DNA of 64,000 nucleotides from Camelus dromedarius (GCF_036321535.1 NC_087447.1:40240001-40304000), one strand, 5' to 3'; counted from the stretch's first letter, positions 24,718 to 37,549 are shown. The notes: a model not told the origin generated them from the letters alone. Numbers and translations are program-made.

Positions 24718-25135
24718 GAGGCAGTATAAAAGAGAGGTTAAGGGTTTAGGCTTTGGGAGGGGGAGGGGAGGGGAACGGAGGGGGAGGGGAGGAGAAAGGG
24801 AGTGGGGAAGGGAGGGCATAGCTCAAGCGGTAGAGTGCAAGCTTAGCATGCATGAGTTCCTGGGTTCAATCCTCAATACGTTCTCTAAGAATAAATGAAC
24901 CTAATTATCTCCCCCAACAACAATAAAAAAATCTTTAAAAAAAAGTTTGGGCTTTGTAGTAAATCAGCTTGGATTGGAATCTCAAATCTAGTTGTGTGAT
25001 TTTTGGATAAATTAATCAATCTTTCTGAACCTCAGTTTCCTCTTGTGTAAGATGGGAAAAATGAAGTACTTATAAAGTTGTATTAAGGATGTTTTTAGGA
25101 TTAAATAAAGTGATCCACATAAAACCCACTAAGCA
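24718..25135 (+). mobile_element. MIR SINE split by a vic-1-like SINE
   Basis: 'gaggcagtata...ggttaagggtttaggctttg' resumes after the SINE and includes 'tctgaacctcagtttcctcttgtgtaagatggg'. Confidence 0.75.
24756..24944 (+). mobile_element. tRNA-Ala-derived SINE (vic-1-like) with G-rich 5' extension
   Basis: 'gggcatagctcaagcggtagagtgcaagcttagcatgcatgag...aacctaattatctcccc' plus an A tail. TSD gtttaggctttg (24744-55) / gtttgggctttg (24945-56). Confidence 0.9.
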
Positions 25136-25151
25136 AGATACATAAAATCAC

Positions 25152-25172
25152 TGTGTGTGTGTGTGTGTGTGT
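25152..25172. repeat. (TG)10 microsatellite
   Basis: Perfect TG run. Confidence 0.9.
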
Positions 25173-25189
25173 CTGGGAAGGGATGGACA

Positions 25190-25410
25190 TTTAAAATACA
25201 CATAACAAAAACTTCACCACTTCAACCATTTCAAAGTATAAAACTCACTGGCATTTAGCAAATCTACAGTGTTGTACAACTATCACCATTCTCCAGTTCC
25301 AGAACATTTTTATCACCCCAAAAGGAAACCCCACACCATTAAGCCATCACTCTCCATTCCTCTCTCCTCGGCCCCTGGCAATCACTTACCTGCTTCAGTC
25401 TCTATGGCAA
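25190..25410 (-). mobile_element. L1MB-like 3' end
   Basis: 'gttgtacaactatcacca...ttccagaacatttttatcaccccaaaaggaaacccc...gcccctggcaatcact'. Confidence 0.8.
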
Positions 25411-25669
25411 ATCACTTTCTCTTCAGCCTTTATCTCTTTAAATTTTTTCCTGACAGCTTGGTCACATGTCTCTCATCAGCCAAATCAAACTTAAAAAAAA
25501 AAAAGAAACAAACAAATCTAAATAAAAATAGAAAACTACAAAAACAAATATATAAAAATGACTTGGCACAGCTCCTGGAGCCACAGCCCTAGAAAGAAGT
25601 CTCATCATAAAATCTGAAGAGTGATCCGGCCATGCTTGGTCTGTCTGCATCCTCCAGGGTCACTCACCC

Positions 25670-26450
25670 TACATCTTATAACCTGGCTCTTGCTGGAGTG
25701 CCAGGGGCCTCCCAGTTGTCAAATCCATGTTCTGTTTCCAGCCTTCACCCTCCTTAATATTTTGGCACCACATGATGCTATGGACCAGCATCCTTCTTCA
25801 AACCCTCTTTCCTTTGATTTTTAAACACTCCCATCCGTCTCTCTGGATGACCCACCTCAGCCTCTTCCTGCTCTTCTGCCTCCACCTCTCTCCTTGGGCG
25901 CTCACATCCATTGTCCCTTCTTCCCCTATCACATGGGCAGTAGTGACTTCGAGCTCTCTCCTGAGTTCCAGAGTCATATATTCATCTGCCCATTGGAATT
26001 CCTGGGTGTCCTCGAGACATCTCAATTTCAACATGTCCAGAAATTGTCCAAAACCCACTTAATAATCTATGTTCCTAATCTCACTAATGGTATTCCAACA
26101 ACCCAATCTCTCAAACAAGAATTTTCAGAGCCATCTGTGATTCCTCTCTTTTTCTAAAATGTTTTTCCAGTGGGATAACAAATCCTGTTTATAGTTCAGA
26201 AACATCTCTCGAGCCCCCCCTCCTATCCACTCTTACTGACACTTAGTTCAAGTCTGCAACCTCACTTCTTTTGAAAACTACACTAACTTTTTCAGTCTCA
26301 TATGTCTTTTTCATAACTATCTGAGTTATATTCTTAAAATACATAAGTGATCATCACATTTTCCTATTTAAATATCTCTGTCTCCTTAGAAAATGTAGTT
26401 AACCCCTTCACCGTATCTGGTTCTGACTGCCTCCTGACCCTCAGCTCCCA
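25670..26450 (+). mobile_element. L2 LINE fragment
   Basis: 'ctctctcctgagttccagagtcatatattcatctgcccattggaattcc...catctcaatttcaacatgtccaga'. Confidence 0.7.
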
Positions 26451-26502
26451 GAACATGCCAGGACCTGCCACAAATCCTCCACTGTCCACTATGGGCTTCT
26501 AA

Positions 26503-26630
26503 TTTTTTTTTAATTTTTATTTCTTAATGGGGAGGTAATTAGGTTTATTTATTTAAATTGAATAATTGATTGAACCCAGGACTTCATGCATGCAAAGTGT
26601 GCACTCTACCACTGAACTATGCCCTCCCTC
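26503..26630 (-). mobile_element. vic-1-like SINE
   Basis: Reverse head 'gaacccaggacttcatgcatgcaaag...ctctaccactgaactatgccctccc'. TSD atgggcttctaa (26491-502 / 26635-46). Confidence 0.9.
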
Positions 26631-26649
26631 TACCATGGGCTTCTAAATG

Positions 26650-27370
26650 AAGCTGCCTTCAATTTCTGGCCCTAGAGGTGGGACACATGACCCAGACTGA
26701 GCCATTCAGCAACCTCTACCTCTCTGGCCCCAGTAATTGGTTCTGGCCCAAGTCAGAGCCAATGAAAAGCAATCTTGGGCTTTTACTTGAGCTGGGAGGA
26801 AAACAGACCTCTTCTTCCCACTGGACATGAAGAAAGAATGTACAGGGACCAGAACTGCTGTATCTTGCAACCAAGAGGAGCCTGAGAATGGAGCCATCAC
26901 TAGGGAAAGGAAAATCTCACCCTGCTGACATCTTCTGAGATTTCAATCAAACCCTACTCAAAACCATATATTCTTTGTCTCTCATTCCTTTTTTTTAAAT
27001 TGAGGTATAATTGACATATAACATTGTATTAGTTTCAGGTTACAACATAATGATTGATTATTTGTATATTATGAAATGATCTCCACAATAAGTCTACTCA
27101 ACATCTGTTACCACACATAGTTACAAAAAACTTTTTTCTTGTGATGAGGCCTTTGAAGATCTACTTTCTTAGCAACTTTCAAATGTTATATGGTATTATT
27201 AACTATCGTCACGATGCTGTACATTACATCCCCATGACTCATTTATTTAATAACTGAAAGTCTGTACCTATTGCCTTTTTTAATGTAAGCCAATACGTTC
27301 AGCCAGCACCCCTCCTTCTTAATTTTGCTTAGGATAGTTTGACTTAGGTTTTGTGTTACTTGCAAACCAA
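26650..27370 (+). mobile_element. MLT1 (K/L-like) MaLR LTR interrupted by an L1
   Basis: 'cacatgacccagactgagccattcag...agagccaatga' and terminus 'ttttgtgttacttgcaaaccaa'. Confidence 0.65.
26989..27273 (-). mobile_element. L1MA-like 3' end
   Basis: 'aattgaggtataattgacatataacattgtattagtttcagg...aagatctactttcttagcaactttcaaat...tgctgtacattacatcccca'. Confidence 0.85.
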
Positions 27371-27387
27371 CTCATGACTCTTTAAGC

Positions 27388-27548
27388 CCATGCTTCCCAA
27401 ATTCTGCTGAACATTAGAATCACCTGGGGAGCTTTTAAAGCTCCCAGTGCCAATTAAATCCTAATGTCTGGGGATGGGAGCCAGGCATCAGTCATTTTTT
27501 AAAGATCTCAGGTGATTCCCATGCAGCGTGAAGTGTGGGAACCACTTT
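27388..27548. mobile_element. MER5A-like hAT-Charlie MITE
   Basis: 'cattagaatcacctggggagctttt...caggcatcagt...caggtgattc...gggaaccact'. Confidence 0.8.
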
Positions 27549-27741
27549 GAGCAAAGCAAGTTGCTTCCTCAATGCTTCCCCAGTTCCCCATCTTCCAATC
27601 GACCAGAGGTCTTCACACCAGATTAGTGGCCTGTCTCCCCCTTTGGGCTCTGAGCAACTTAATGGCAGATTCATGTCTTTCATCCACTCTGCCTGCCTTA
27701 CTGGTAGGCCCTCAGTGAATGTTAAATAATGAACAAATGAG

Positions 27742-27858
27742 GAGGGAGGGTATAGCTCAGTGGTAGAGTGCATGCTTAGCATGCACGAGGCCCTGGGTTC
27801 AATCCCCCATACCCCTATCAAAATAAATAAATAAACATAATTACTTCCCCTGAAAGAA
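27742..27858 (+). mobile_element. vic-1-like SINE
   Basis: 'gggagggtatagctcagtggtagagtgcatgcttagcatgcacgaggccctgggttcaatcccc'. TSD aatgaacaaatgag (27728-41) / aatgcacaaatgag (27859-72). Confidence 0.93.
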
Positions 27859-27914
27859 AATGCACAAATGAGTGAATGACATCTTCTTATATATTTCTTT
27901 CCTTCAAGGCACTG

Positions 27915-28155
27915 TGTACTGGGTACAAAGTATAAGAAAGTTCAGGCTCTGGAGCAAGAGTGCCTCTGCCTAAATCCTGGTTCGATGTGACCCAAGGCAG
28001 GTACTAAACTGCTCTGTGCCTCCTTTCCTCATCTATAAAATGAAAATAACAATAGTGCTTACATCACAATGACGTCAGGAGTTCAAGGTCAATACATGTG
28101 AAATCCTTAGAACATTGCTTGGTAGACAGCAAGTACACAGTAAATGTCAGCCCTT
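27915..28155 (+). mobile_element. MIR SINE
   Basis: 'caggctctggagcaagagtgcc...ctctgtgcctcctttcctcatctataaaatgaaaataacaatagt'. Confidence 0.8.
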
Positions 28156-28640
28156 ATCTTCATTCATTCATTTTTCATACACAGAGAGCTGGGTCTCTCT
28201 CCAGGCAAGAGAAATCACAGAGAGGATGGATGCTGAGATCTTCATACCTGAATGCACTGTGGAGGTGGTTTTGCTTTGCATACACGCTGTCAATGAAGAT
28301 GAGATTTATTCAGGTGACTGGAAGTTTACTATGTTGGGGTGGAGAGCAAATTACTGCTTGGTGGCAGAACAAAAGACTTGTAAAGTTCTCACTACTGCTG
28401 GGCTTGCCCTGCACACAATGCCAAAGCATAATCAGGTTTTTTCCAAGCCACCCAAAGCCTGTCATTTGGCCTTGGGCCAAATGAAGGGCTATTGTTTTAT
28501 ATTATTCATCCCAGGGAATTCAGCCTGTTTTAAAGTAACTTTTTATGCCTAAGGGAAAGAGAAAGCACTTCCTTACGAAGAACACAACTTTATAATAGGA
28601 TTTTTTGTAATAGAACTTTACCAGTCTAGGCTTTGTCTTT

Positions 28641-28814
28641 TTATTTTTTAGCATTTCATTTTTTTGTCTTTTGTTTGTTTGTTTGTTGTTGTTGTTGTTT
28701 TGTATGGGGAGGAATTAGGTTTCTTTATTTGTTTTAATGGTAGTACTGGGAACTGAACCCAGGGCCTCATGCATGCTAAGCATGCAGTCCACCACTGAGC
28801 TATACCCTTCCTCC
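28641..28814 (-). mobile_element. vic-1-like SINE
   Basis: Reverse head 'gaacccagggcctcatgcatgctaagcatgcag...ctgagctataccc'. TSD tctaggctttgtcttt (28625-40) / tctagcctttgtcttt (28815-30). Confidence 0.93.
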
Positions 28815-29814
28815 TCTAGCCTTTGTCTTTAAAAACTTACATGCTGATCAGTTTGTTAACAGTGGTTGCAGGGCTCTTTGCTGTTTTAGGGAAAGATAGT
28901 AAGCTTTCAGCTAAGGATGTCCTTGAAAACATCACTCCCCATCTCTTACTGTCAGCCTTCTTATCTGTAAAAGGAGGGGGTGGGCTGCCTCTTTCCTCCC
29001 TCCCTCTCTCCCATCAACTTGTATTCATTGAGCTCCTATCATATGCAGGGTACAGCTGGAAGAGCTGTGGGATACACAGAGATAAACAAAACCCTATTAA
29101 GCCATTGTCCCATCCTCTGTTAATTTGCAGTTTTGCAGGAAAACTGCAACCAAAAATCATTATGTTGTAGTTAAGATTTTCATCAATTCTCATTGAAACA
29201 TTTCCAGTGGTTTTCTAACCAGTCTCCCTGCTTTTGTTCGGGTTTTTCGTCCTCTACCATGGTCAGAAGGTCCTCTCTGAAACACATGTCCTGTCAGGAT
29301 GCTGCCCTCCAGCCCCATGACACAAGAGATACTCCATGCCTTGTTTTCTTTACTCATGCTATACTCTCCTCATCCCCTTTGTCTTGCAAACTCCTACTCA
29401 ATCTTTGAAGCCCAATTCCTTGCTTTTTTCTGTACCTATTCCCTTGGCAGAATAAATTATGAATCTCTCCCTCCTACTGTGCTATCCCACACATTTTTTT
29501 AAACACACTTCAGTTTTAGCGTTTAGCACAGTAAGATTCCCTCACCTGCCTGTCTCCTCGAATAGCCACAAGCTCCTGTATAGAAGAGGGAGAGATCTTA
29601 ATTTTTGTTTCCTGATGTATGGCACTGATCTGGTGCTGAACTGATGATATGGAAGGCATTGAACATCACAGGTGAGAAATGTGTTAAGGAGATGCATAAT
29701 CTCTAGGAAAACTGCTGGTTATAAATAGAAGGGCAAAAAACATTTCTGCCTTTTTCTTTCCCAAGCCGTAACCATGCATTGGGGGAAAGTTGGAGACCAG
29801 GGACCTAAGGGCTT

Positions 29815-31385
29815 TTCCCCTAATATTTCAAACATGAGGAAATAAAGTATAACACCCCAAACACTCATGTACCCACCATAGAGCCTTAGCAAATCTTTTT
29901 TTGCCTTACTTGCTTCAGATGTAATTTTTTTCTTTTTTAAAAACAGAAATATTACAGTAAATGTTAAAGGGATCCTTTTCCTATCCTCATGAATGTAATG
30001 TTTACCTTTCTAACGTATGTTTTTACACTTTTACTACATAGGCATACATTTCCAAACAACGTTTTGTACTGTATTTCACATTTTAAACATATTAACTTGA
30101 TATAGACTCATAGTATATGGAATTGCAGTTTGTTTTTCCCTGCAACATTATGTTTTTGAAATTTATCCTCATTGATATTTGAGATTTACTCATGAGGATG
30201 TGCTAACTTGTTTCAACTGTTGAATAGCATGCCATGGAGTGATATACCATGTTTTATTTGCTCATTCCCCTGTTGATAGATTTTTTTTTTTTTGCTATTA
30301 TAATTGATATCGCAAGACATTTTCATATGTCTCTTTGGGTACACGTATGAGAGTTTTCCTGTGTGTCTAGAGTTGGTTTTGCTGGGGCATAAGAAATATC
30401 CATTCTCAACTTCACTCATACACATTGCTCTCCAAAGTGATTGCATCATTTATTCTCTCTCATCAGTGCTGCCCTATCTAGCATGAACCACTGCTGTCCA
30501 CACTTGGTATTATCAGACTTTAAAGGTCTTGCCCATCTGATGGGGATGGGATGATACCTCGTTGTGATCAGAATTTGCGTTTCTCCAAATACGTGGAGGT
30601 GAAGCTTCTTATGTTTATTGGGTCCTTGGGTGTCATTTATTTGTGAATTTCCAGTTCACACCCCCTGTTGATTATCCTCCTGGGTGGCCTTTTCCTTACT
30701 GATTGTAGGAGTTCTTGGTATGTTCTTGGGTATAGTCTGTGACAAGTTTTTTACTTGTTTTATCGTTTTTTTAAACAAATGTTGTAATTTCAATTTAGGC
30801 AAATTTATTGTTTCCTTTATGGCCTGTGGGTTTGTTTTTCTTGTTATTCTCTATTTAAAAAAACATTTCCTTACCCCAATGTCATAAATCTATTCTTTCC
30901 TATTTATAGTCTCTTCCAAAAAGTCTTACATTCTACTATTCAAAAATTGTTTTTATTTTGCATTCCATCTTGAATTTTAACTTTTCCATATGGATAACAA
31001 ATTACTTAATATTGGTTATTGAATGGTCTATCCTTTCCTTATGAGTGTCACCTCCGTCATATGTCAGGTATTCGGATACCTGTGAGTCTATTTTGGTGCT
31101 CTCTGTCCTATTCCATCCATCTATTGGTCCATTCCTGCACTAATGCCTTTATATCAATGGCTTTGTAATAGGTCTTCGTAACTGGCAGGATGAGTCTTTC
31201 CTCTTTGTTCTTCTTCAAAATCATTTTAGCCATTCCTTGGCCCTTTTTCTTCCATATGAATTTTAGAATCAGCTTGTAAAAGTGTAGGAAGATCCCTTCT
31301 TGAGATTTTGACAGGAATTTCATTAAATGTATGTATTAATTTGGGGACATCTTCATATTTGTGGTACTGAATCTTCCAATCCATG
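29815..31385 (-). mobile_element. Old L1 (L1ME-like) ORF2 C-terminus and 3' UTR
   Basis: ORF 31108-31323 'KLILKFIWKKKGQGMAKMILKKNKEERLILPVTKTYYKA' is a decayed L1 ORF2 motif. T-rich antisense L1 sequence runs throughout. Confidence 0.85.
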
Positions 31386-34324
31386 GGCCAGCTAGAGTTC
31401 TCCACAGATTCAGGTTTCCTTTTATGTGGGATGTGGCAATCCAACCCTGAGCATCATTCCCAAAGGAATTCCCAATGGCAGCATAAAGAGCCTCTGAGAA
31501 AGCTATCACTGCGTGGGAGCAGAGCCAAGCCGGCAGGAAATGAAAGTAAGCTCTTCAAACCCATTGCCAAGATTTGGCTAACCCAGGGGCCATACACAAG
31601 CTCCTGCTTCCTAATCTCACTGTGACAGGTGGTCCTAGTCCATCAAAGCAGGCCCCCCTAGCCTGGGGCTTTCAGCTCTCTTCCTAACCTGGCCCTTTAG
31701 GCAGCCCCCAAACTAGAGCTGGCATGACCAGTGAAGCCAGCCTCAGCCTCTCTAACCAGCAGGCATTTTTGGGGACCCTGTGACAAGCCAACACCGGTGG
31801 CTCTGCAGGCCTGTGCAGAGCTCTGAGCTTGCTGTCTTCCAAGACAGAAGGGCAGGTGCATCAGATGTGTGACCTCCTCCTGTTTTTAGAGATTGCAACC
31901 ACCTGGAGAAACGGTAGATTTTAGGCAAACCAATTAGCCGAGCAGACTGAATGGAGATATAATTTGCCACAGGGTCTGGCTTTGACTTCATTCCAGCCAC
32001 CAGGCTACTCTGTGTTGTTAACGCATGCAGAAGCCCTTGGAATCTGGTCCCTGAGTCCCAGGTAGTGGAAAGCTACTTAGTTTCCTTACACGGTTTATAA
32101 AAACAATCATTACATGACATTATGATGAGATTACAACAGAGGCTTTTTTGAGGATCTTCTCCTAGCTCCCTTCTGCGCCCTTTGCATTTGGCTCACAGTA
32201 GGTGCTCACTGCTTATGATGCAGATTAGATTCCTTAACATCCCTTAAGCATCTCTCTGATGTCCGGGCTCGGGGTTAAGTGCTTAAAATATCTGAACCCA
32301 TTCAGTCCTCACCTCCGTGGCACTATCATCTCCCCAAAGGCTCAGGGAGCTACAGTGACTCATCCAATCAAGGTCACACAGAGAGTCAATGACAGAATCA
32401 TGAGCCAAGCTCTGTCTACCTGTGACTGCGGAATCCGGGTCCAGTGCCAAGGACTCACTTTTGTGATGGGAGGGAGGGAAGGAGGGAGGAGGGGGAAAAG
32501 GGAGAGACAATGGGAGGAAGAGACAGGAAGGAGGAAGTTGAGAGAGGAGGAGGGAAAGCAGAGGGAGGGAGTGAGGCGGGTGGAGTTGGAGGATGCAGGC
32601 CTGCCTCCTCCTCCCTTTCCTGGAGTCTGTGTCCTGGGATCCTGGGAGTCTAGAAGCCCCACTGCAGCAGTCTTGCCAGAGTGCTCTTGTTTGCCCTTGG
32701 AGGAAGGAGAAAGGAGGGCACACTTTCACAGCGGAGGATCGTCTCTGAAGAGGGAGGCACGGTTCTTTGGGGCCTAGTGGATATAGGGCTAAAGGGGAAA
32801 ATCCTGAGCCCAATTATCCTTTAAGATGGGGATAGAAAAGCCATATCAACCCCATGACCTCTGTAGCCTGGGAGATGGGCTCAGCTAAAGACCACAGAGA
32901 GCACCAGAGAGATGATTTGAACAGTATAATTTGGTTAAACATTATTTAAAAAAAAAAACCCAAAACAGAAACCTCTTCTGGAATATAGAACTCAAAGGGT
33001 GGAACTCCTGAAATTTTCTTTCCTCTGTTCAGATATTCTATTATATGCGCATATTACAGTGGATTTAACTCCCTTTATCTTGCTTGATTTGCAGGATGTT
33101 GTTCAAATATGACCCCACCTCGCAGTGGATGGGCGGGATGGGCGTGTATTGCAGTGGGTGTGGCTGTGGGCACAGGCAGGCCTCTGCGGGGAGGCGCTGG
33201 CCCTCCTGTGAGCACAGACGGAGGATGAACTGCCCGTTAGTTACGTAAGACGCGTTACCTCAGCCAGGAAGGAACCACTTTGGATTTTTGACTTCACTTT
33301 CACCTTCCTCTTTGCTGCCCCCAGCTCCCCAGAACTCCACCCTGTTCTGAAGGCTGCAGAAGGAGTTCTGAGAAGCCCGCTCTTCCTCCAGGCTCTCCAG
33401 GGTATGCGCCTAATTAAAAACCAGTCCAGTTTACCCCTCAATAGGAAATAGGGCAGACAGGAAGTTGATGCCAAAGCAAGCCAAAACCCCAGTCAGCAGA
33501 GGAGGCATCCGCATGCTTCCTGTGGTGACCCGCTGGGCTCAGCTGCAAGGCACATGGGACGGGATAGAAGGACCTGGGCCCTCAGGGCTGGTGAGGACTG
33601 GCTGTAGAGCTGACAGGGACTCTGGCTGGGGCTTGAGTCCTTTGTCCTTAGGTGGGCAGCAGCACCTCACTTCTGAGGGGACTTTCTGTTTGAAATAGGA
33701 AGTCATTTTGGATTCAGAAACAGGAGCCAGTCTACAAGGGGACAGATGGGAGAAGTGAGCAAGAGCTTACAGTCCCAGCCAAACGGGGCCCAGAGGACTC
33801 CCTATTCACTGGGAAACTGAGAATTGGAGCAAAAGCCTGGTCGCTCAGATTGGGCTGGTAAGGGCTGGAACTGAGAAGATAGATGGGGGCCCCAGGTGGC
33901 AGCTTCCCAAGTACCACTTGAGTCATGAACACAAATTTGATCCTCCCTTTCCCAGTACACAGAGGGGGCTCTTACTACTGAGTCAGGCCTGGTTTCACTG
34001 AGTGATGGGCCTGGGAGAAGCTAAACAGAAGATGTCCAGCCTCTGCAGATGGGCCTGACATCTTCAGCCTCATTGTATAGGTAATAAGTTGAGCATCTCA
34101 ACTTGAACCTGTTAATCGTCTGAGTTTCCCCTCCATAGCACCTGGTATTGACAAAGCCCTTAACTAGCATTGACTCTATTCATTCACTTTTTAAATTAGA
34201 CAATTGCATTTCCTCATTCCCACACTGAAGAGCCCTTAGGAAAATGAAAGACAAACCCTAGGTACAGAAGGGTAAAGGGTACCAGCGAATACTTCCCAGC
34301 TGGGTGTGGTTTGGGGTGTTTGTT

Positions 34325-34782
34325 ACTTAGTAATAGATTGCTGGAACACAAGTAGACTACCCCAAAATGTATGACTTAAAACAACCACTATTTATTATTT
34401 CTCATGTGTCTAGTTGCCCACGTGTCTTCAGGTAGTTGGCTGGGAGCTGGCTGCTCTGCTGTGGCCTCAGCTGGGACAAGTCAATTCTGCTCTATGTGAC
34501 TTCTCACTCCCCAGCGGCTAACCCAGGCCAGTCTCAGGGCGGTAGCAGGGGCTTAATAGACAGAGTAAAAGACACAAGACTTCTTAAGACCTAAGCTTGA
34601 AGCTGGCATGCTGTCACTTCCACTAAATATTGTTCAAAGCAAACCTGAAGGCCAGCGCACATTCAAAGGGTGGGGAAATTCATTCCATCTCTTGATGGGA
34701 GGAGCTACAGTAGGTCGCATTGCAGAGGGTGTGGATACTGGGTGAGTGGAGAATTATGTCTGTTTTGCAGTCAGTCTATCCC
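34325..34782 (-). mobile_element. MLT1 (H/I/J-like) LTR
   Basis: 'gacttaaaacaaccactatttattatttctcatg...tgtcacttccac...ccatctcttgatgggaggagct'. Confidence 0.75.
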
Positions 34783-35518
34783 CATATCCAATGAGGATAA
34801 TAAGAAGTTTGCTAGGGGTTATGAGATATAAATCCCCCCTTTGTTTTGACTGAAGTCTTTAGCTAAATCTCCATGACTCAATATTACTTTTCATTATTTT
34901 AACTTTCCAGCCTCTACATGGAGGTAAGGAGAAAAGGGAGGAGTAGCATTGGGGTGGCCAGCCACCCTTGTCAAGGGCTTTAGATCTGTGGTTTTCAAAT
35001 GGCGCTCTTTGAAGCCCTGGGGTTCTCTGGTGGCTTCTCAGCAGCATCCACGAGGGGAGTGCATGTGCCTAAGTGTGAGGTCCCCAGCTTGACCAGGGCA
35101 GCTCTGCTCTGTCTTGTGATTTTCTTTGGAGAAATGTTATGCAGCTTTGAAAAACACAAAAGAAAAAGATTTGAAGCTCCCATTCACTGAACTAGACCAA
35201 CCTCTCCATCTTATGGAAAAACAAACAATCTTGGTGAAGTCAATATGTCTACTCCAAGTTACTCAGCAAATGAGTGTCTTGGCTGGTATTAGAGACCCAG
35301 TCTGCTGATCCACCATTCAGTCCAAAGCTAGAACTCCTAACTTTTTTTCCCCCTCTCCTCACTGTGTTCAAGATAAAAGAAGACTGCAGTAGCTGAATGG
35401 ATAAGGGGGAAACTGAGGCAAGCAAAAGGGATATTCCTGACATGTTTTCACATCTCTACTTCCCCACCCTGTGAGGTCATTCATAGTCCTTGAGCTCTGA
35501 GTCTCAGTGACCCCCATT

Positions 35519-35544
35519 ACACACACACACACACACACACACAC
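35519..35544. repeat. (AC)13 microsatellite
   Basis: Perfect AC run. Confidence 0.93.
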
Positions 35545-37549
35545 CCTCACATGATCCCTACAAGGCTTGACCCCAGAACCACAGACAATTCAGGGCATCA
35601 TATTGGCAGGTAGGCAAGGCTTACTGGTCAACCTCAGGGCTGAGCAGTGTACACCTCGTGGAGCTAACGCCTACCAGGGCAGATAGAGCTCCATCTAATC
35701 TAGGAGAAAAGCTCATTTCCCAGGAGACGTCTTGGTCTTGCTTGGAGCCTGTGATCTCCTTGTTCTCCTTCCAGTGTGTTAATTCCATTTCTTCCTAAGT
35801 TAGATTTTTTAGGACATGGGCTATTTATAGCTCCTCTGAATCCCTTTCCAGTCTGTTTCCTGTTCAAGTACTGCATTAGTCACCAGAAACTGTCTCAAGC
35901 AATCTCCGAGTCCCTGCCTGATCTCAGCAGCAGGGAACAGGGATGCTGATCAAACTGAGGGTGGTCCTGGTGGGGAGGGGGCAAGCAGGAGGCAGGAGGC
36001 AGGAGGCTGGGCAGGGAAGCAGAGGGAGCATCTCTTGTCCCCCATCCTCTGTGGAATGAAGCTCTGAGTCCTTATGGCTTCCTGGAGTTTACTTAGCCCT
36101 TAGAGACACAGAAGCCCTTCAGAGGCACCTCCATTTAGCTGCATATTTTTGCCATTACTTGATGACCTATTTGCATGCAGCTCCTTGCAGAGAATTTCCT
36201 CCCAAGCCATATACGGTGATTTCGTTGCACCACAATCTGAGGCTTCTATTTGCAGCGATAGAGGCTCCTTCCTGACTTCCTCCTGCCTGTCCCCACATCC
36301 CTCTTTCTCACTGTAGCCTGCCTAGACTGCTCGGAGATTTCTCCAAGCTCAGGTCTGTCTGAATGTGTTTGGGCCCGGGAACGTACCAGCTGCCTCCGAG
36401 GGCAGGACCCCTGAGCTTTTGTATCCAGAGACCCAGGGAGCAGTGAGCTCTGAGGCCAGGGGAGGAAGAGGCAAAGGAAGTGGGTGAAGGGGGCAGCATC
36501 CAAGCCTCCCATGTCTTTCCACCTGTGTTCACATGGTTCCCTTGCCAGGAATGTGTCGAGGTGACTGTGTCAAGGGATCTAGTACTGGAAATCTTCAGCA
36601 GGTCACCATCATCCCTGGAAGCCCCTGGCTATCTTGAATACTTGGATCGACCTCTGCAAATCCCTAATGAAGGAGTTGAGTGTGGGGTTTCCGACCCTAC
36701 CTTGCTGGGAACTTCCCCTTGAGGGAAGTCTGAACTTCTATTCACATAGTAAGTCATCAGGTGACCAGCATCCGGGAGACTAGGGTCTTTCCAATTATAG
36801 CTTCACCACTCCCCAAGCCCCAAACCAGGGGATCCTTGTGCCTTGAATAAAGCTCCTGGGTTTCACAGGTGACTCAATCTAAGCTGTCCTTGAGGGCAGT
36901 AGCCTTCTCAGTCCCAGACTCAACGTTGCCCATCTCAGAGCAGCAGAGACGCCTACCACCACAGGTCACTGAGTACCTATGCTGAGCTGCCTGGTGAGTG
37001 CTGTGGAGACAAAAATTCCGAATGCTCAGAAAGGGTCTTGGTGAGAAGGTGCCTGAGCTAGACTCGACCCTCCTGTCTCGCTCAGAGAGCAGGCATGCAC
37101 ACCAGCCCCCTGAGCGGAGGAAGTGGAGGAGGAGGAGGAGGAAATCAGACCAGAGATGTGCACACCAGGCGGCAGCCCAGGCCAGGCGTATCAGGCTACT
37201 CCTCAGCTGTGATGCGCACCAGCAATCTCGCACAACTATTTTGATTTCCGTTCAGTTTCCATCCTAGGAAATGCATTACAGACTGTCTCCCACAGAGCAC
37301 GCTCAGTTACATCCTTGGGATGTGAGAGCCCAGAAGACGCAATCAGGGACGGCTGAGTCAGCTTAGTCAAGGATGAGATTGCTTCTGCCAGTGCTGGTGG
37401 CCTTGGGACTGATTCCCAAGAGCAGGGCGGGGACGCAAGGACCACGCAGGGATGTCCCTCCTCTAGGACCATGATTGTGGGTTCTGAAGCAGAGAGCATC
37501 AGACGGTGAGACCCTCACTCAAGGTTCTCTTAAAACAAGGCTCTCTCAT

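Noticed and set aside
27745..27820. tRNA-Ala(AGC) genes (also near 24812, 26560, 28740, 51573 and 63075)
   Set aside because: Each has CpG-decayed stems plus a shared non-tRNA tail and A-rich end, and five have clear TSDs. They are SINE heads.
31108..31444. ORFs with L1 ORF2 similarity
   Set aside because: These are frameshifted fragments of a dead L1, annotated as a mobile element rather than a CDS.
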